Assembly: GCA_910576845.1 (NCBI GenBank)
Contig: CAJTJA010000001.1
Span: 56,713 to 120,712, forward strand
Length of the DNA: 64,000 bases
Reading direction: 5' to 3'
Source of the DNA: an uncultured Oscillibacter sp.
GTDB lineage: Bacteria > Bacillota > Clostridia > Oscillospirales > Oscillospiraceae
The translations under genes and the position numbers were made by a program. Below the pieces are notes generated by a model. The model saw nothing but the letters and a program-made list of their open reading frames with translations, was not told the origin of the DNA and ran no database searches. This document shows, one piece after another, positions 1 to 9,379 of the stretch; the stretch's first letter is position 1; the number at the start of each line of letters is the position of its first letter.

Positions 1-38
1 CGAAGTTCCTCGTGGGCCTGCGTGGTTTGGTACAGCAT
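1..38 (-). CDS. 5' end of a gene running off the window, probably an acyl-CoA dehydrogenase-family protein
   Basis: AAGGAGG RBS then ATG at 38; translation MLYQTTQAHEELR resembles acyl-CoA dehydrogenase N-termini; only 12-13 codons are visible. Confidence 0.4.
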   Translation of the reverse strand, partial: MLYQTTQAHEEL

Positions 39-93
39 GTGTGTGCCTCCTTTTCCCTTATTGGTTGCAGCCTGAAAAGCGCGGGACGCGGTG

Positions 94-489
94 CTACTGA
101 AAAATATTGCTCAGCGGAGTCCGCTGGAGCTCCTGATCCAGAACCGTCTGAATCCGGCACAGCTCCCGGCAGACGCCGCATCCGCCCTTTTGGAAGTTCT
201 CGCACTGATAGCCCTCCCGCTGACAGCGGTTGATCAGGGGAGGTTCGCCAATCGCCAGAAAGATGTCATAAATTTTTAGTTCCTCACAACTGCGCTTGAG
301 AAAATAGCCCCCGCTGACACCGCGGCGGCTCTCCACAATCCCCGCCGTCAAAAGCCGGTTCAGCAGCTTCAGGGTAATGGCCTTCTGCATATGCTCCTGC
401 CGGGCCACGGCGGCCGCGGAAAGCTGCCCCTCCCTGTGCAGAGCCCGCAGAATGCGCAGGGCATAATCCATCTCTCTTGTAATCAGCAA
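94..489 (-). CDS. Rrf2 family transcriptional regulator (Cys-containing, possibly Fe-S)
   Basis: MLITREMDYALRIL, VESRRGVSGGY wing motif, C-terminal C..C..CGVC. Confidence 0.9.
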   Translation of the reverse strand: MLITREMDYALRILRALHREGQLSAAAVARQEHMQKAITLKLLNRLLTAGIVESRRGVSGGYFLKRSCEELKIYDIFLAIGEPPLINRCQREGYQCENFQKGGCGVCRELCRIQTVLDQELQRTPLSNIFQ

Positions 490-599
490 AAAACCACCTC
501 AACCACATCCGTATATATTAACAATATATAAACGCAGAAAACCAAGCTTACTGGTACATACAGCCTCAGCTATTTTATCATATTGTACGTTTTTCGTTA

Positions 600-627
600 A
601 TTATACCAGAGCCGTCGAAAATGTCAA
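600..627 (-). promoter_or_regulatory. sigma-A promoter for the Rrf2 operon
   Basis: minus strand TTGACA-16-TATAAT. Confidence 0.7.
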
Positions 628-671
628 GATTGTCCGAAGGACAAGGTCTGAAATTGGAGAGCCCGACAAAA

Positions 672-706
672 ATTATTGGGCGGTTTCAGCAAAACCGCCC
701 GATAAT
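672..706 (-). terminator. intrinsic terminator hairpin after lgt/folD relic
   Basis: attattgggcggttt-cagca-aaaccgcccgataat. Confidence 0.6.
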
Positions 707-736
707 TTTACGACTTCTGAACACCTGCACCACTGC

Positions 737-1074
737 TCACGCCGGGCCGCTCAAAGGGCATTCCGCATCACCGCCCATGCCATGAAGCCGGCAGCGCCGG
801 AAAGCGGGGCAATGAAATCCGCTCTCGGCCCAAAATCCCATCCATGGCTTCCTCCTGATCTGGTTCATCAGCAAGAACCAAACCATCCGCCCGGAAATGG
901 TGGATCACGGTATGAATACCCCGCCTGGCAGTCCCGCTCTTTACCCCGAACGCAAATCCGGAAAGACGGGTTATCCCCTGCCGCAGTCACCGCCCAGAAG
1001 AGGGGCACGGCAGCTTTCCGCGCACGGACACAAATCTGTGCCGCCAGGATCATACCGTCAATTCGAATCGCTGT
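737..1074 (-). pseudogene. folD: decayed, internally deleted folD remnant
   Basis: N-terminal TAIRIDG..LAAQI..AV..GDNPS.RI.VRGKERDC and C-terminal ADFIAPLSGAAGFM..VMRNAL*AAR resemble the FolD ends (cf. ITPVPGGVGPMT..LMxNT..AA); no ATG, an in-frame stop, and the middle is missing. Confidence 0.7.
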
Positions 1075-2092
1075 CCAAATCCTCTTTCAATGGGGAATCG
1101 GAATCCTCGGTTTTTCCAGAGCCGGGAGCTTCATCGGCCTTTCCGGCAGGAAGCTCCGTTTCCAAATTCTCCGTTTCCGATGCCCCGGCGGCAGCCTGGG
1201 CCGCAAGACGGTTTACCTGCATGTTTTCGGGAGAACATTTTTTGATGCAAAGCTGATAGAAAAGTACGATGGCGGCCAGGGCGGCCATGGCCGCGCTCAA
1301 AGCCTGGGAAACCCGAATAGGCTGGCCAAACAAGGTCCAGTCAAAGAGATACAGGCTGTCCGTCCGCAGTCCCTCAATCCAAGCCCGGCCCAAACCGTAC
1401 CAGAGAAAATAGAACCACGTGTTTTCCCCGTCAAACCTGCGGCCTTTGGACACAACAGAGAGAATCAACAGCAGGCCCAGCAAATTCCAAAGACTCTCAT
1501 AGAGGAAAGTAGGATGAACGTCGGCATACTGAGAGGCACTGACCCACACCCGCATCCTCCAGGGCAGATCGGTGAGACTGCCGAAAGCCTCGCGATTAAT
1601 AAAGTTAGCCCAGCGGCCAATGATCTGCCCCAGGAGCAGCCCCATGACAGCCAAATCCGACATGGCCCCAAATTTAATTTTTTTATAGCGCGTATAGAAA
1701 AAGACTACCAGCGCTCCGGCAATAACGGTGCCGTAAATAGCAATGCCGCCATCCCAGATGGCAATCATCCGGCTCCAGTCCAGAGCGCCGGAAGCGTCCC
1801 GGTAAAGGTCCAGATAAAAAATGACATAGTAGATGCGGGATCCCAGGATGCAGCAGGGCACCGCCCAGAGCACCAGGTCCAGCACATGGTCCTCGGTCAG
1901 GCCGTAATGCTTCGCCTGTTTCATACACAGCAGCAGCCCGGCCAAAAAAGCGATTGCCAGAATAATACCATACCAATAAATGCCGTGGCCTATGTGTATG
2001 GCAATGGGATCAGGATTGAATTCCCAGTCCCCAAACAAGCCGGGAAAGCTGATGGGCATATCCTTCAGAGCGGTCAAAACAGGAGCGGACAT
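1058..2092 (-). CDS. lgt: prolipoprotein diacylglyceryl transferase
   Basis: IYWYG, WDGGIAIYG, GQIIGRWANFINREAFG, HPTFLYES, IEGLRTD motifs; AAGGAGG RBS before ATG 2092. Confidence 0.95.
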   Translation of the reverse strand: MSAPVLTALKDMPISFPGLFGDWEFNPDPIAIHIGHGIYWYGIILAIAFLAGLLLCMKQAKHYGLTEDHVLDLVLWAVPCCILGSRIYYVIFYLDLYRDASGALDWSRMIAIWDGGIAIYGTVIAGALVVFFYTRYKKIKFGAMSDLAVMGLLLGQIIGRWANFINREAFGSLTDLPWRMRVWVSASQYADVHPTFLYESLWNLLGLLLILSVVSKGRRFDGENTWFYFLWYGLGRAWIEGLRTDSLYLFDWTLFGQPIRVSQALSAAMAALAAIVLFYQLCIKKCSPENMQVNRLAAQAAAGASETENLETELPAGKADEAPGSGKTEDSDSPLKEDLDSDSN

Positions 2093-2096
2093 TCTC

Positions 2097-3368
2097 TCAA
2101 GCCTCCTTGGGAACAATTTCTGACAGCACCGCCCGATCCTCCGTCACACTCTCCCGGAGGAAGGCCAGCACATCCTCCTGCGTGACGGAGGCAAAGACCT
2201 GCGGGAAGCAGAGCGGATCATAACCGCCGAAGCAGCCTTCCGTAAGGGAAACAGCAATGTTTTCAAAAGAGTTCAGCCCCCGAAGATTAGAGCCAAAGTT
2301 GGCCCGAAGGGTCCGCTGGAAAAAGTCATCGTCCACGCCCTCCCGGACCAGCCGGTCCGCTTCTCCCTGAAGCTCCGTAGCCACGGTTTGCGGCTCCTTG
2401 CTCTCGCCTCCGGCATAGATACAGGCGGCCCCGGGCATCAGTTCAAAGGCGCCGCCAAAGCTGGAATTGATGAGCCCCCGGCTGTACAGCCTTTGATAGA
2501 ACGGGCTGGACTCACCGAACAGCAGGTCGCAGGCAATGTCTCCCAAAACCATAGCCCGAAGACGCGCCTCGCCCTCCGGAACCGGGCGGCACTTAAACCC
2601 CGCCAAAAACTGGGGGCCGGAAACCTCCATTGCCAATCGGGTTTCCCGTTCCGCGACGCCATCCGGCTCTTCGCCGTAGTCTCTCTGGATGACGGCCCCC
2701 CTCTCCTTTGGAAGAATCCGGCAGGCCATGTCTTCTATACGGACAGGGTCCACATTCCCCACCACTGTCAGGATCATGTTGGAGGGCGTATAAAAGGCTT
2801 TGTGGCAGTCATACAGCGTTTCCGCCGTGATGTGGGAAATACTCTCCACAGTGCCCGCAATGGATGTGCGGACCGTGTTAACACTGTAGAGCGCGCGAAG
2901 CGTGCGAATATAGAGCTGCCAGTCCGGATTATCCTCAATCATGCGGATTTCCTGGCCGATGATGCCCTGTTCCTTGGCGACGCTCTCCTCCGTGAAATAG
3001 GGAACAGAGACAAAGGATAAAAGAATCTCCAGATTTTCGTCAAAGTGGTCTGTGGAGTCGAAATAATAGCCGGTCATAGCGTTGGACGTAAAAGCATTGG
3101 GTTCCGCGCCGTTCTGAGCCAGCTTTTGAAGAGCGTTGCCCTCCTTCGTGTCAAACATCTTGTGTTCCAAATAGTGGGCAATGCCGGCAGGCGTATCCAG
3201 CCACTTGCCGTTCAGGCAGAAACGGGTATCCATCCCGCCGTAACGAGTGGCAAAGAAGGCATATTTTTTCGCATGGTCCGGCTTCGGAACCACCCGGAGT
3301 TCCAGACCGTTGGGCAATGTCCGGCGATAGACGGTTTCACCCAGGGATTCATAAAAAACAGGCGTCAT
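2097..3368 (-). CDS. M16 (pitrilysin/insulinase) family Zn peptidase, YmfH-like
   Basis: GIAHYLEHKMF (HxxEH), NAFTS, KEQGIIGQEI. Confidence 0.92.
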   Translation of the reverse strand: MTPVFYESLGETVYRRTLPNGLELRVVPKPDHAKKYAFFATRYGGMDTRFCLNGKWLDTPAGIAHYLEHKMFDTKEGNALQKLAQNGAEPNAFTSNAMTGYYFDSTDHFDENLEILLSFVSVPYFTEESVAKEQGIIGQEIRMIEDNPDWQLYIRTLRALYSVNTVRTSIAGTVESISHITAETLYDCHKAFYTPSNMILTVVGNVDPVRIEDMACRILPKERGAVIQRDYGEEPDGVAERETRLAMEVSGPQFLAGFKCRPVPEGEARLRAMVLGDIACDLLFGESSPFYQRLYSRGLINSSFGGAFELMPGAACIYAGGESKEPQTVATELQGEADRLVREGVDDDFFQRTLRANFGSNLRGLNSFENIAVSLTEGCFGGYDPLCFPQVFASVTQEDVLAFLRESVTEDRAVLSEIVPKEA

Positions 3369-4627
3369 ACCTCAGCTTCCTTTCCCCGCAGGAAATACAC
3401 GGTGTCCAGCTTCACCGTACCCATGGCCTCAAAAATACGCTCCGGCACAATCTCCCGGACTTTTTCCGCCAGCTCTTCCGGGGACTCGTCCCAGCCGGTT
3501 GCAGCCTGTCCCAGATAAAAGTTTTCCAGCTTGCCCTGAGAGTCGCCCATGGAGGCGTAAGCATTCAAGAGCGTACTCTTGGCGGCCTCCAATTCCCAAT
3601 CCTCCAGATTGCCTTTTTGGACAGCCGCGAGCTGGGCCATGATTTCGTCGCAGGATTTCTGATAGTTCTCAAACTCAATGCCGGAGGAAACGGTAATCAG
3701 CCCCTTCTGCCGGTGATAGGTGGAAGAGGCGTAATAACACAGCGACAGCTTTTCCCGAACGTTCAGAAAGAGCTTGGAATTGCTGCTGCCGCCAAACAGA
3801 GTATTGCCCACCAGCAAAGCGGCGGCGTCCCTGCTGCCGCAGGAAAAGCCCATGCCCAGCTTCCCCTGAGTAACATCCAAACGCTCCGTAATCACCCGGG
3901 GTTCCTCCGGAGCGGTGTGAGGCGTCAGGGCAGGCAGTGCCTCCACAGCAGTCCTGGGCAGGCCTGCCAGAGCAGAGCGCAGAGCTTCTTCCACCCGTTC
4001 CTGCCCGGCGCTTCCGCTGTAGAATATCTCCAGCCGGGCCGAAGAAATCAACTCCCGATAAGCCTTGTACAGCAGCTGAGGATGAAGGGCCGCCGTAATC
4101 TGCTCATTGCCCAGGCGGGGAATCCCGTAAGGTTCGCCGGTGCACATCTCCTGGAGAAGCCGGCTGTCGGCATAGGCCCGCTTATCATTCAGAATGCTGC
4201 GGATGGCGTCCATAAGGTTCGTCTTCTCGCTCTCAAAATAGTCCGTCAAAAAATGTCCATCCTGCGTAACAGGGTCACAGATCAACTCCCCCAAAAGGGC
4301 GGCGGCAGGCTCCAGCAGCCGTTCCCCGCCGGGGACAAAGCTGTCGTCGATCAGGCTGGCAACAAAGCCTACGCACTGCGCCTCTCCCTTTTTGCGGATC
4401 GTAACGTCGATTCTGGCGCCGTAAAGCTTATCCAGACGTGCAGAAAGCGCCCCCATGTCCGGGCAGGCAGTGGTGCCCCGGCGCAGGACAGAGGCAAGGA
4501 GGGCATTGGCCGAGGCCGTCTCCCACCGCTGTGGAACGACAAACTGGGCGGAAAGCAGGCTGGTCTTAAATTTCTTCGCCGGCAGATATGTGAGAAACAC
4601 GCCGCTGGCGAGTTCAGTTCTTGTCAC
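3365..4627 (-). CDS. M16 family inactive partner subunit, YmfF-like
   Basis: KKFKT, LRRGT, SKLFLNVREKLSLCYY; lacks HxxEH; GTG start after AAGGAG. Confidence 0.88.
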   Translation of the reverse strand: MTRTELASGVFLTYLPAKKFKTSLLSAQFVVPQRWETASANALLASVLRRGTTACPDMGALSARLDKLYGARIDVTIRKKGEAQCVGFVASLIDDSFVPGGERLLEPAAALLGELICDPVTQDGHFLTDYFESEKTNLMDAIRSILNDKRAYADSRLLQEMCTGEPYGIPRLGNEQITAALHPQLLYKAYRELISSARLEIFYSGSAGQERVEEALRSALAGLPRTAVEALPALTPHTAPEEPRVITERLDVTQGKLGMGFSCGSRDAAALLVGNTLFGGSSNSKLFLNVREKLSLCYYASSTYHRQKGLITVSSGIEFENYQKSCDEIMAQLAAVQKGNLEDWELEAAKSTLLNAYASMGDSQGKLENFYLGQAATGWDESPEELAEKVREIVPERIFEAMGTVKLDTVYFLRGKEAEV

Positions 4628-4780
4628 AGAGTTCACTCCTTTTGTGAAATCAGAATCTGCTGTTAGCTTTATGCCAATTTTACTATTTGTATCCAAGTAT
4701 ATACTGAATACGGCGGGATTGCAAGAGCCAGACCCATTTGACCCTTTTCTCTTTCGAATTGACGCCCCAAAACTCCGGAG

Positions 4781-4809
4781 GTATATTTTTTCCCTCCAGA
4801 ACATAGGTT
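4781..4809 (+). promoter_or_regulatory. putative sigma-E (mother cell) promoter of spoIIP
   Basis: gtATAtt-14-CATAggtT, i.e. ATA-16-CATAnnnT, the sigma-E consensus spacing. Confidence 0.6.
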
Positions 4810-4822
4810 GTCCCAGAGGTGA

Positions 4823-6037
4823 ATGTTCATGAAACAAAAGAGCTTCTTCCCGAGACTGCTCCGGCGGCTGGAGTCGGCAGCGCTGGCTGCCGGAACGCTG
4901 TGGGTTGTCTTTGTCACAGCCGGCAGCGATACCGTGTCTTCTGCCGCCGCGGCCCTGGCGGAGGCCTTGCCGGAGCAGATGCTCCGCTGGGAGCTGGGGG
5001 ATCTGTGGCGGCAGGACGGTCTCTCCCCGGCGGCGGCCCTGACCATCGGAGAATCCCCGCTTTTGTCGGCGGCCAGAGGAGAACTGGAGGAACTAAGAGC
5101 CCTAGAGCGTCAGGAGCCGGCGGAAGAGGATGGAGAAACAGAAACTCCCGCGGCAGTACCGGTGGAGGAAACTCCGGTAGACGCCGCCACCCCCGCAGAG
5201 GACAACGGCGTTCCCGCCAAGACACTGATTCCCACAGACCCCAACGGTTATACCGTTTGCGGGCGGGTCTATATCAGCAATTCCACCAGCTACGAGCTGT
5301 CTGTCCCGGAGCTGCAGGAGCCCTTTGCGGCGGCGCTTGAGGAAGAGGGGCCGCAGCTCTTAATCTTACATACACATGGCAGCGAGTCCTACACCCCCGC
5401 ACCGGGGGCTGAAATCGTCTGGTCTGGAAATTACCGAACCACCGACTACCGGTACAATGTGGTAAAAGTGGGAGATGAAATGGCTGAAGTGTTCAGCCAG
5501 GCAGGCATCTCCGTCCTCCATGACCGGACATTGTATGACTATCCCTCTTATACCGGGGCCTATGACCGCGCCCTGGCGTCTATCCAGCGCTATCTGGAGC
5601 AGTATCCCTCCATCCGTTTTATCCTGGACGTTCACCGGGACGCTATTGAGGACGGGCAGGGAAACCAATACAAAGTCGTGTCCGAAATTGAAGGGGTTGG
5701 AACGCCGGCACAGATGTCTCTGGTCATCGGCAGCGACGGCAGCGGCTTAACCCACCCGGACTGGCCGGAAAACCTGAAGCTCGCGGCGGCGGTGCAGCAG
5801 GACATTCTGGAACATTACCCAACCCTGATGCGTCCGGTGCTGCTGCGGAACTCCCGGTATAACCAGCACGCTGTCACAGGCTCCCTGCTGGTAGAGGTAG
5901 GCGCCGCCGGGAATTCCCCCGAGGAGGCCGTCCTGGCCGGAAAACTTTTTGCCGGGCGAATGGCGGATGTCTTAATAAAAAAACAAACTGAGGCGGCAGA
6001 GCTTCAGAGCAGGTCCGCAGACGCGGTTCCACAATGA
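4823..6037 (+). CDS. spoIIP: stage II sporulation protein P (amidase/endopeptidase)
   Basis: ILHTHGSESY, LDVHRDA, RYNQH, LLVEVG motifs; N-terminal TM (start may be 4829). Confidence 0.92.
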   Translation: MFMKQKSFFPRLLRRLESAALAAGTLWVVFVTAGSDTVSSAAAALAEALPEQMLRWELGDLWRQDGLSPAAALTIGESPLLSAARGELEELRALERQEPAEEDGETETPAAVPVEETPVDAATPAEDNGVPAKTLIPTDPNGYTVCGRVYISNSTSYELSVPELQEPFAAALEEEGPQLLILHTHGSESYTPAPGAEIVWSGNYRTTDYRYNVVKVGDEMAEVFSQAGISVLHDRTLYDYPSYTGAYDRALASIQRYLEQYPSIRFILDVHRDAIEDGQGNQYKVVSEIEGVGTPAQMSLVIGSDGSGLTHPDWPENLKLAAAVQQDILEHYPTLMRPVLLRNSRYNQHAVTGSLLVEVGAAGNSPEEAVLAGKLFAGRMADVLIKKQTEAAELQSRSADAVPQ

Positions 6038-6129
6038 TTCCTCCGTCTCATTTTCTCCCTTTCACAAGCCCCCCGCAGCGCCGGCAGATAACTGCACGGC
6101 GCTTTTTTTGTTTTTTTCTGATTCGCTCT

Positions 6130-6166
6130 TGCAACCTCTCCACTGGAAAACGTACAATTTATAGTG
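6130..6166 (+). promoter_or_regulatory. putative autoregulatory ECF promoter
   Basis: TGCAAC-15-CGTAC upstream of the ECF gene. Confidence 0.4.
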
Positions 6167-6206
6167 AAAGGCGCTTTTCAAAATCTCCGCAGGAGAGGAG
6201 ACTTCT

Positions 6207-6764
6207 ATGGACGACCATACGATTATTGAGCTCTACTGGGCCCGCGCAGAGGATGCCATTCAGGAAACCGCGGCCAAATACGGCAGATTATGCCGTGTGA
6301 TTGTGGGAAATATTCTCATAAATCCTGACGACAGCGAAGAATGTGTAAACGACACTTATTGGGGACTTTGGAACGCCATGCCGCCCCACCGTCCCCACCG
6401 TCTCGCTGTGTTCATAGGGCGGGTAGCCCGAAACCTGGCCCTGAAAAAATTTGACTACCTCACCGCCGCGAAAAGGAATCCAACAGCCCTTTGCTCTCTG
6501 GAGGAACTGGGAGACTGTGTTTCAGGCAGAACAGCGCCGGAATCCGAGCTGGAAAACCGCAGAATAGAAGAGGCCATCACCGGATTTCTCCAACAGCAGC
6601 GAGAGGAACAGCGGAATGTTTTTTTGCTGAGATATTGGTATTTTGAATCCATTGACAGTATCTGCCGCCGCACAGGCTTCGGAAAAAGCAAAATAAAATC
6701 CATGCTCCGCCGTACCCGGCAGAAATTGCGGGAGCATCTGGAACAGGAGGAAATTGAACTATGA
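6207..6764 (+). CDS. ECF RNA polymerase sigma factor
   Basis: DSEECVNDTY region 2; VFLLRYWYFESI..I..RTG...SKIKSML.RTR..L region 4. Confidence 0.92.
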   Translation: MDDHTIIELYWARAEDAIQETAAKYGRLCRVIVGNILINPDDSEECVNDTYWGLWNAMPPHRPHRLAVFIGRVARNLALKKFDYLTAAKRNPTALCSLEELGDCVSGRTAPESELENRRIEEAITGFLQQQREEQRNVFLLRYWYFESIDSICRRTGFGKSKIKSMLRRTRQKLREHLEQEEIEL

Positions 6765-7420
6765 ATCAACGGCAATTATCCGACCGCATCGGAAACGTGG
6801 AGGAAGAACTGATTCATCAGGCTGCAAAAACGCCTGATTACGCCGCGCGGAGAAGGAAAAGCAGCCTGCGCCGTCTGGTGTCTTTGGCGGCAGTCATTGC
6901 ACTGATGGCCATCAGCTTTACCACGGGGGCCCTCGCCTTCAGCCGGGAAACCATCGTGGAGACCCCGGCAGAGCAGGAAACACTGGAGCTGACGAAGCTG
7001 GGCTTGACGCTGATCCTGCCGCAGAGCTGGAAGGGCCGCTATGAGCTGATAGAGTGGGAGGGGCAATATGTGGTGGTCTGTCCCGAGGTCCGGGAGGCGG
7101 CCCTGGCTCAGGCCAGGGCGGAATGGGCCGGGGGCGAAATGGAGTGGCCGGAGGAGCTGGACCGGAATCCCTTCTCCGGAGGAATGCTGTTCTACATCTT
7201 CGGCATCCCCGAGGCCCTGACGCCGGAGCAGCTCCCCGACAGCGACTGGGGCTCCTTCGCCGAGTTTACCGAGACCCGCTACCTGCTGGCCACGGCGGAG
7301 CGGACCTATCTTCTCTGCCACGCCAGCGACGTGCAGTTCACCGAGGAAACCAGAGCGCTTTATGAGCGGTTGGAGCAAAGCGTTAAAGACATTCGCATCG
7401 TGGTGGATCATGTTTTATAG
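6761..7420 (+). CDS. putative single-TM anti-sigma factor
   Basis: ATGA overlap with the ECF gene; LSDRIGNVEEELI..A N-terminus, RRRK + TM, then an extracytoplasmic domain. Confidence 0.7.
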   Translation: MNQRQLSDRIGNVEEELIHQAAKTPDYAARRRKSSLRRLVSLAAVIALMAISFTTGALAFSRETIVETPAEQETLELTKLGLTLILPQSWKGRYELIEWEGQYVVVCPEVREAALAQARAEWAGGEMEWPEELDRNPFSGGMLFYIFGIPEALTPEQLPDSDWGSFAEFTETRYLLATAERTYLLCHASDVQFTEETRALYERLEQSVKDIRIVVDHVL

Positions 7421-7599
7421 TCAAATAACTTAAAAAAACAGCAAAGCTGTTTTTCAGGCGGACGGAGCTTGCCAGCGTGTGAAACACGCTATATTTGACT
7501 ATGAAATCCAAACCAGGGCCGCTTTCAGCGGCCTGCTGCGGTGTGCACGCCGCAGCGCTCAAAAAGAATTTTTGATTCTTTTCAAGTTGCTTGATTATA
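7416..7599. mobile_element. MITE-like element, TATAGTCA-ended family (copy 1)
   Basis: left TATAGTCAAATAACTTAAAAAAA vs reverse complement of right end TATAATCAAGCAACTTGAAAAGAA; starts at the TA of the upstream stop region; related to 31988-32179. Confidence 0.6.
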
Positions 7600-7617
7600 A
7601 CCGGGTAACCGCAAAGA

Positions 7618-7646
7618 GGGAGACCGCCCTAAAGGGTGGTCTCCCG
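7618..7646. terminator. hairpin between convergent anti-sigma genes
   Basis: gggagaccgccc-taa-agggtggtctccc. Confidence 0.55.
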
Positions 7647-7660
7647 GCGGCCTTTAGCCT

Positions 7661-8512
7661 TCACGAAATGGGAAACTCCGGTATCCCTGCCGCTCCGGCA
7701 GCAATGCTGTATTTAGGGAAGCACACCACCACAGTTCCATCCTCCCGGACGTAGAAGCCGGTGGTCTCATCCACAGTGGTAAAACCGCCCTGGTCTGCCG
7801 GGAAGAAGAAAGTAAAGCCTTCCTCATCCACGCTTTCGGCAATCTGCTTTTCAATCGCGGAGTTGCAGATGTTCACCCAGTCCTCCCCCAGATAATCCCG
7901 GAGAGTCAGATCCCGGTTTTCGGCAATGTCCAGATTGTAATAATACCGCTCTTCCATTGAGGACACCCAGCCCTCCCCGAAAGTCACCACAAAGGAGACC
8001 CGGGAATCCGTCCGGCTTTTGATCTCATAGTCCGCGATGACGTCCATTTCCCGGCCGGCCCACTCCTCTTCCGTGCCGCCGGTGGCAAAGAACGCCTCCC
8101 GGTAGTCGTCCCAGTCCTGCCGGGCCTTGGCCAGATGGGCATCCACTCTTTCCTGGACGGCTGCGTTGACTTTCTCCGCCAGGCCGCTGTCCGCCTCCAC
8201 CCGGGGGACAGACACATCATAGTGGATGCCGTCTTCGGTTTTATCGTAGTCTACGAACGTTAATATCTGAAACAGTCCGCCCAAAACGGGCACACCGGCG
8301 GCGGCCTTAGCCACAGTTGGAGACAGGTTCAGACCCGCCAGAACCGCGCAGAAGCAGGCGGCGGCAGACGCCCAGCGGCGGAATGTCCGTCCCCGGCGGG
8401 CCCGGTAGCGGGCCTTGCCCTCCCGGATTCCTGCCTGAACCCGGGCATCCAGCTCCTGGGGAATAGGGGTGTTCTCGTAAGATTCTTTCGCGCTCTTGAA
8501 TTCGTTCATCAT
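7661..8512 (-). CDS. RsiV-like anti-sigma factor (DUF3298-type C-terminus)
   Basis: YENTPIPQEL N-terminus, TM, NLSPTVA..VPVLG.LF, C-terminal FYV..DGTVVV.FPKYSIAAGAAGIPEF. Confidence 0.8.
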   Translation of the reverse strand: MMNEFKSAKESYENTPIPQELDARVQAGIREGKARYRARRGRTFRRWASAAACFCAVLAGLNLSPTVAKAAAGVPVLGGLFQILTFVDYDKTEDGIHYDVSVPRVEADSGLAEKVNAAVQERVDAHLAKARQDWDDYREAFFATGGTEEEWAGREMDVIADYEIKSRTDSRVSFVVTFGEGWVSSMEERYYYNLDIAENRDLTLRDYLGEDWVNICNSAIEKQIAESVDEEGFTFFFPADQGGFTTVDETTGFYVREDGTVVVCFPKYSIAAGAAGIPEFPIS

Positions 8513-8988
8513 ATCTCCGCTCCTTCCATAGCGACGCGCAGCTTCTTCAGCCCCGCATACAGACGGCTTTTCACCGTATTGATGTTCTGCCCGGTGACTT
8601 CGCCGATTTCCTTCAGGGTCAGTTCCTCATAAAACCGCAGCTTGATGACGATTCCCACCTCGGCCGGCAGGGCATCTACCCGCCGGGTCAGGGACTCGTC
8701 GGCGGGTTCCGGGTCCTCCCCGCCCAGCTCCATTCCCTCTTCCGGAAAAGGGACCGTCCGGCCCCGCTGGCGGAGAACGTCGCTGCAGGTGTTCATCAAA
8801 ATCCGGGTAAACCAGGTCTTTACGGCCCCGATATCCCGGAGACTGTCCTGGCGCTCCAGCGCCCGGCAAACGGCGGTCTGCACCGCGTCCAGGGCCTCCT
8901 CCCGGTTTTGGAGGACACTGTAAGCCAGCCGGTAAGACCGAGTCTGGGTCTCAATAAGAAATTGCGACAGGGTTTCTTCCTTCGTCAC
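8509..8988 (-). CDS. ECF sigma factor, SigV-like
   Basis: YRLAYS...EEALDAVQ, TWFTRILMN, LRFYEELTLKEI..VTG.N.NTVKSRLY; GTG start after AAAGGAG. Confidence 0.88.
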   Translation of the reverse strand: MTKEETLSQFLIETQTRSYRLAYSVLQNREEALDAVQTAVCRALERQDSLRDIGAVKTWFTRILMNTCSDVLRQRGRTVPFPEEGMELGGEDPEPADESLTRRVDALPAEVGIVIKLRFYEELTLKEIGEVTGQNINTVKSRLYAGLKKLRVAMEGAEI

Positions 8989-9058
8989 ATCGATGCTCCT
9001 TTCTGAAAGGGTTCCCGCCGTCCGGTCCGGCGCCTGACTCTGGGCGGCTTCTGTAGTA

Positions 9059-9087
9059 TAGACGGAGAAAGGGGGCGGAAAGTTTGA
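9059..9087 (-). promoter_or_regulatory. ECF (SigV/W/X/M-type) autoregulatory promoter
   Basis: minus strand TCAAAC-17-CGTCTA. Confidence 0.7.
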
Positions 9088-9379
9088 GAACAGGATGAAA
9101 ATTTTCGGACTGCAAGCCCTGTCCGGCCCTTGACGAAACAGCGGCTTACGGCAGGTCTTCCCGCTGAGAAGAGCGGCTTTCCGCAGAAATGCCGGCTCCG
9201 CCAGTGCTTTCACAGTGTATTCCAGGGCTGCATTCTCCCTGACAAACGGGTGCGTAAAGGCTGGCACTGCGGCAGGATCAAGGAAAAACGAATATTTCCC
9301 CCAAAATTTTTGGTTGTCTTCCCGGCGGAAGTCCGGTATTATGTAGAATACCCAACCTATTTAATAAGGAGGTCCCGCT

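Noticed and set aside
7484..7497. 14-bp match ACACGCTATATTTG to the XRE cassette 1 operator region (10852-10865)
   Set aside because: Several 14-mer matches are expected by chance within 64 kb; here it is one arm of a hairpin in a MITE-like element
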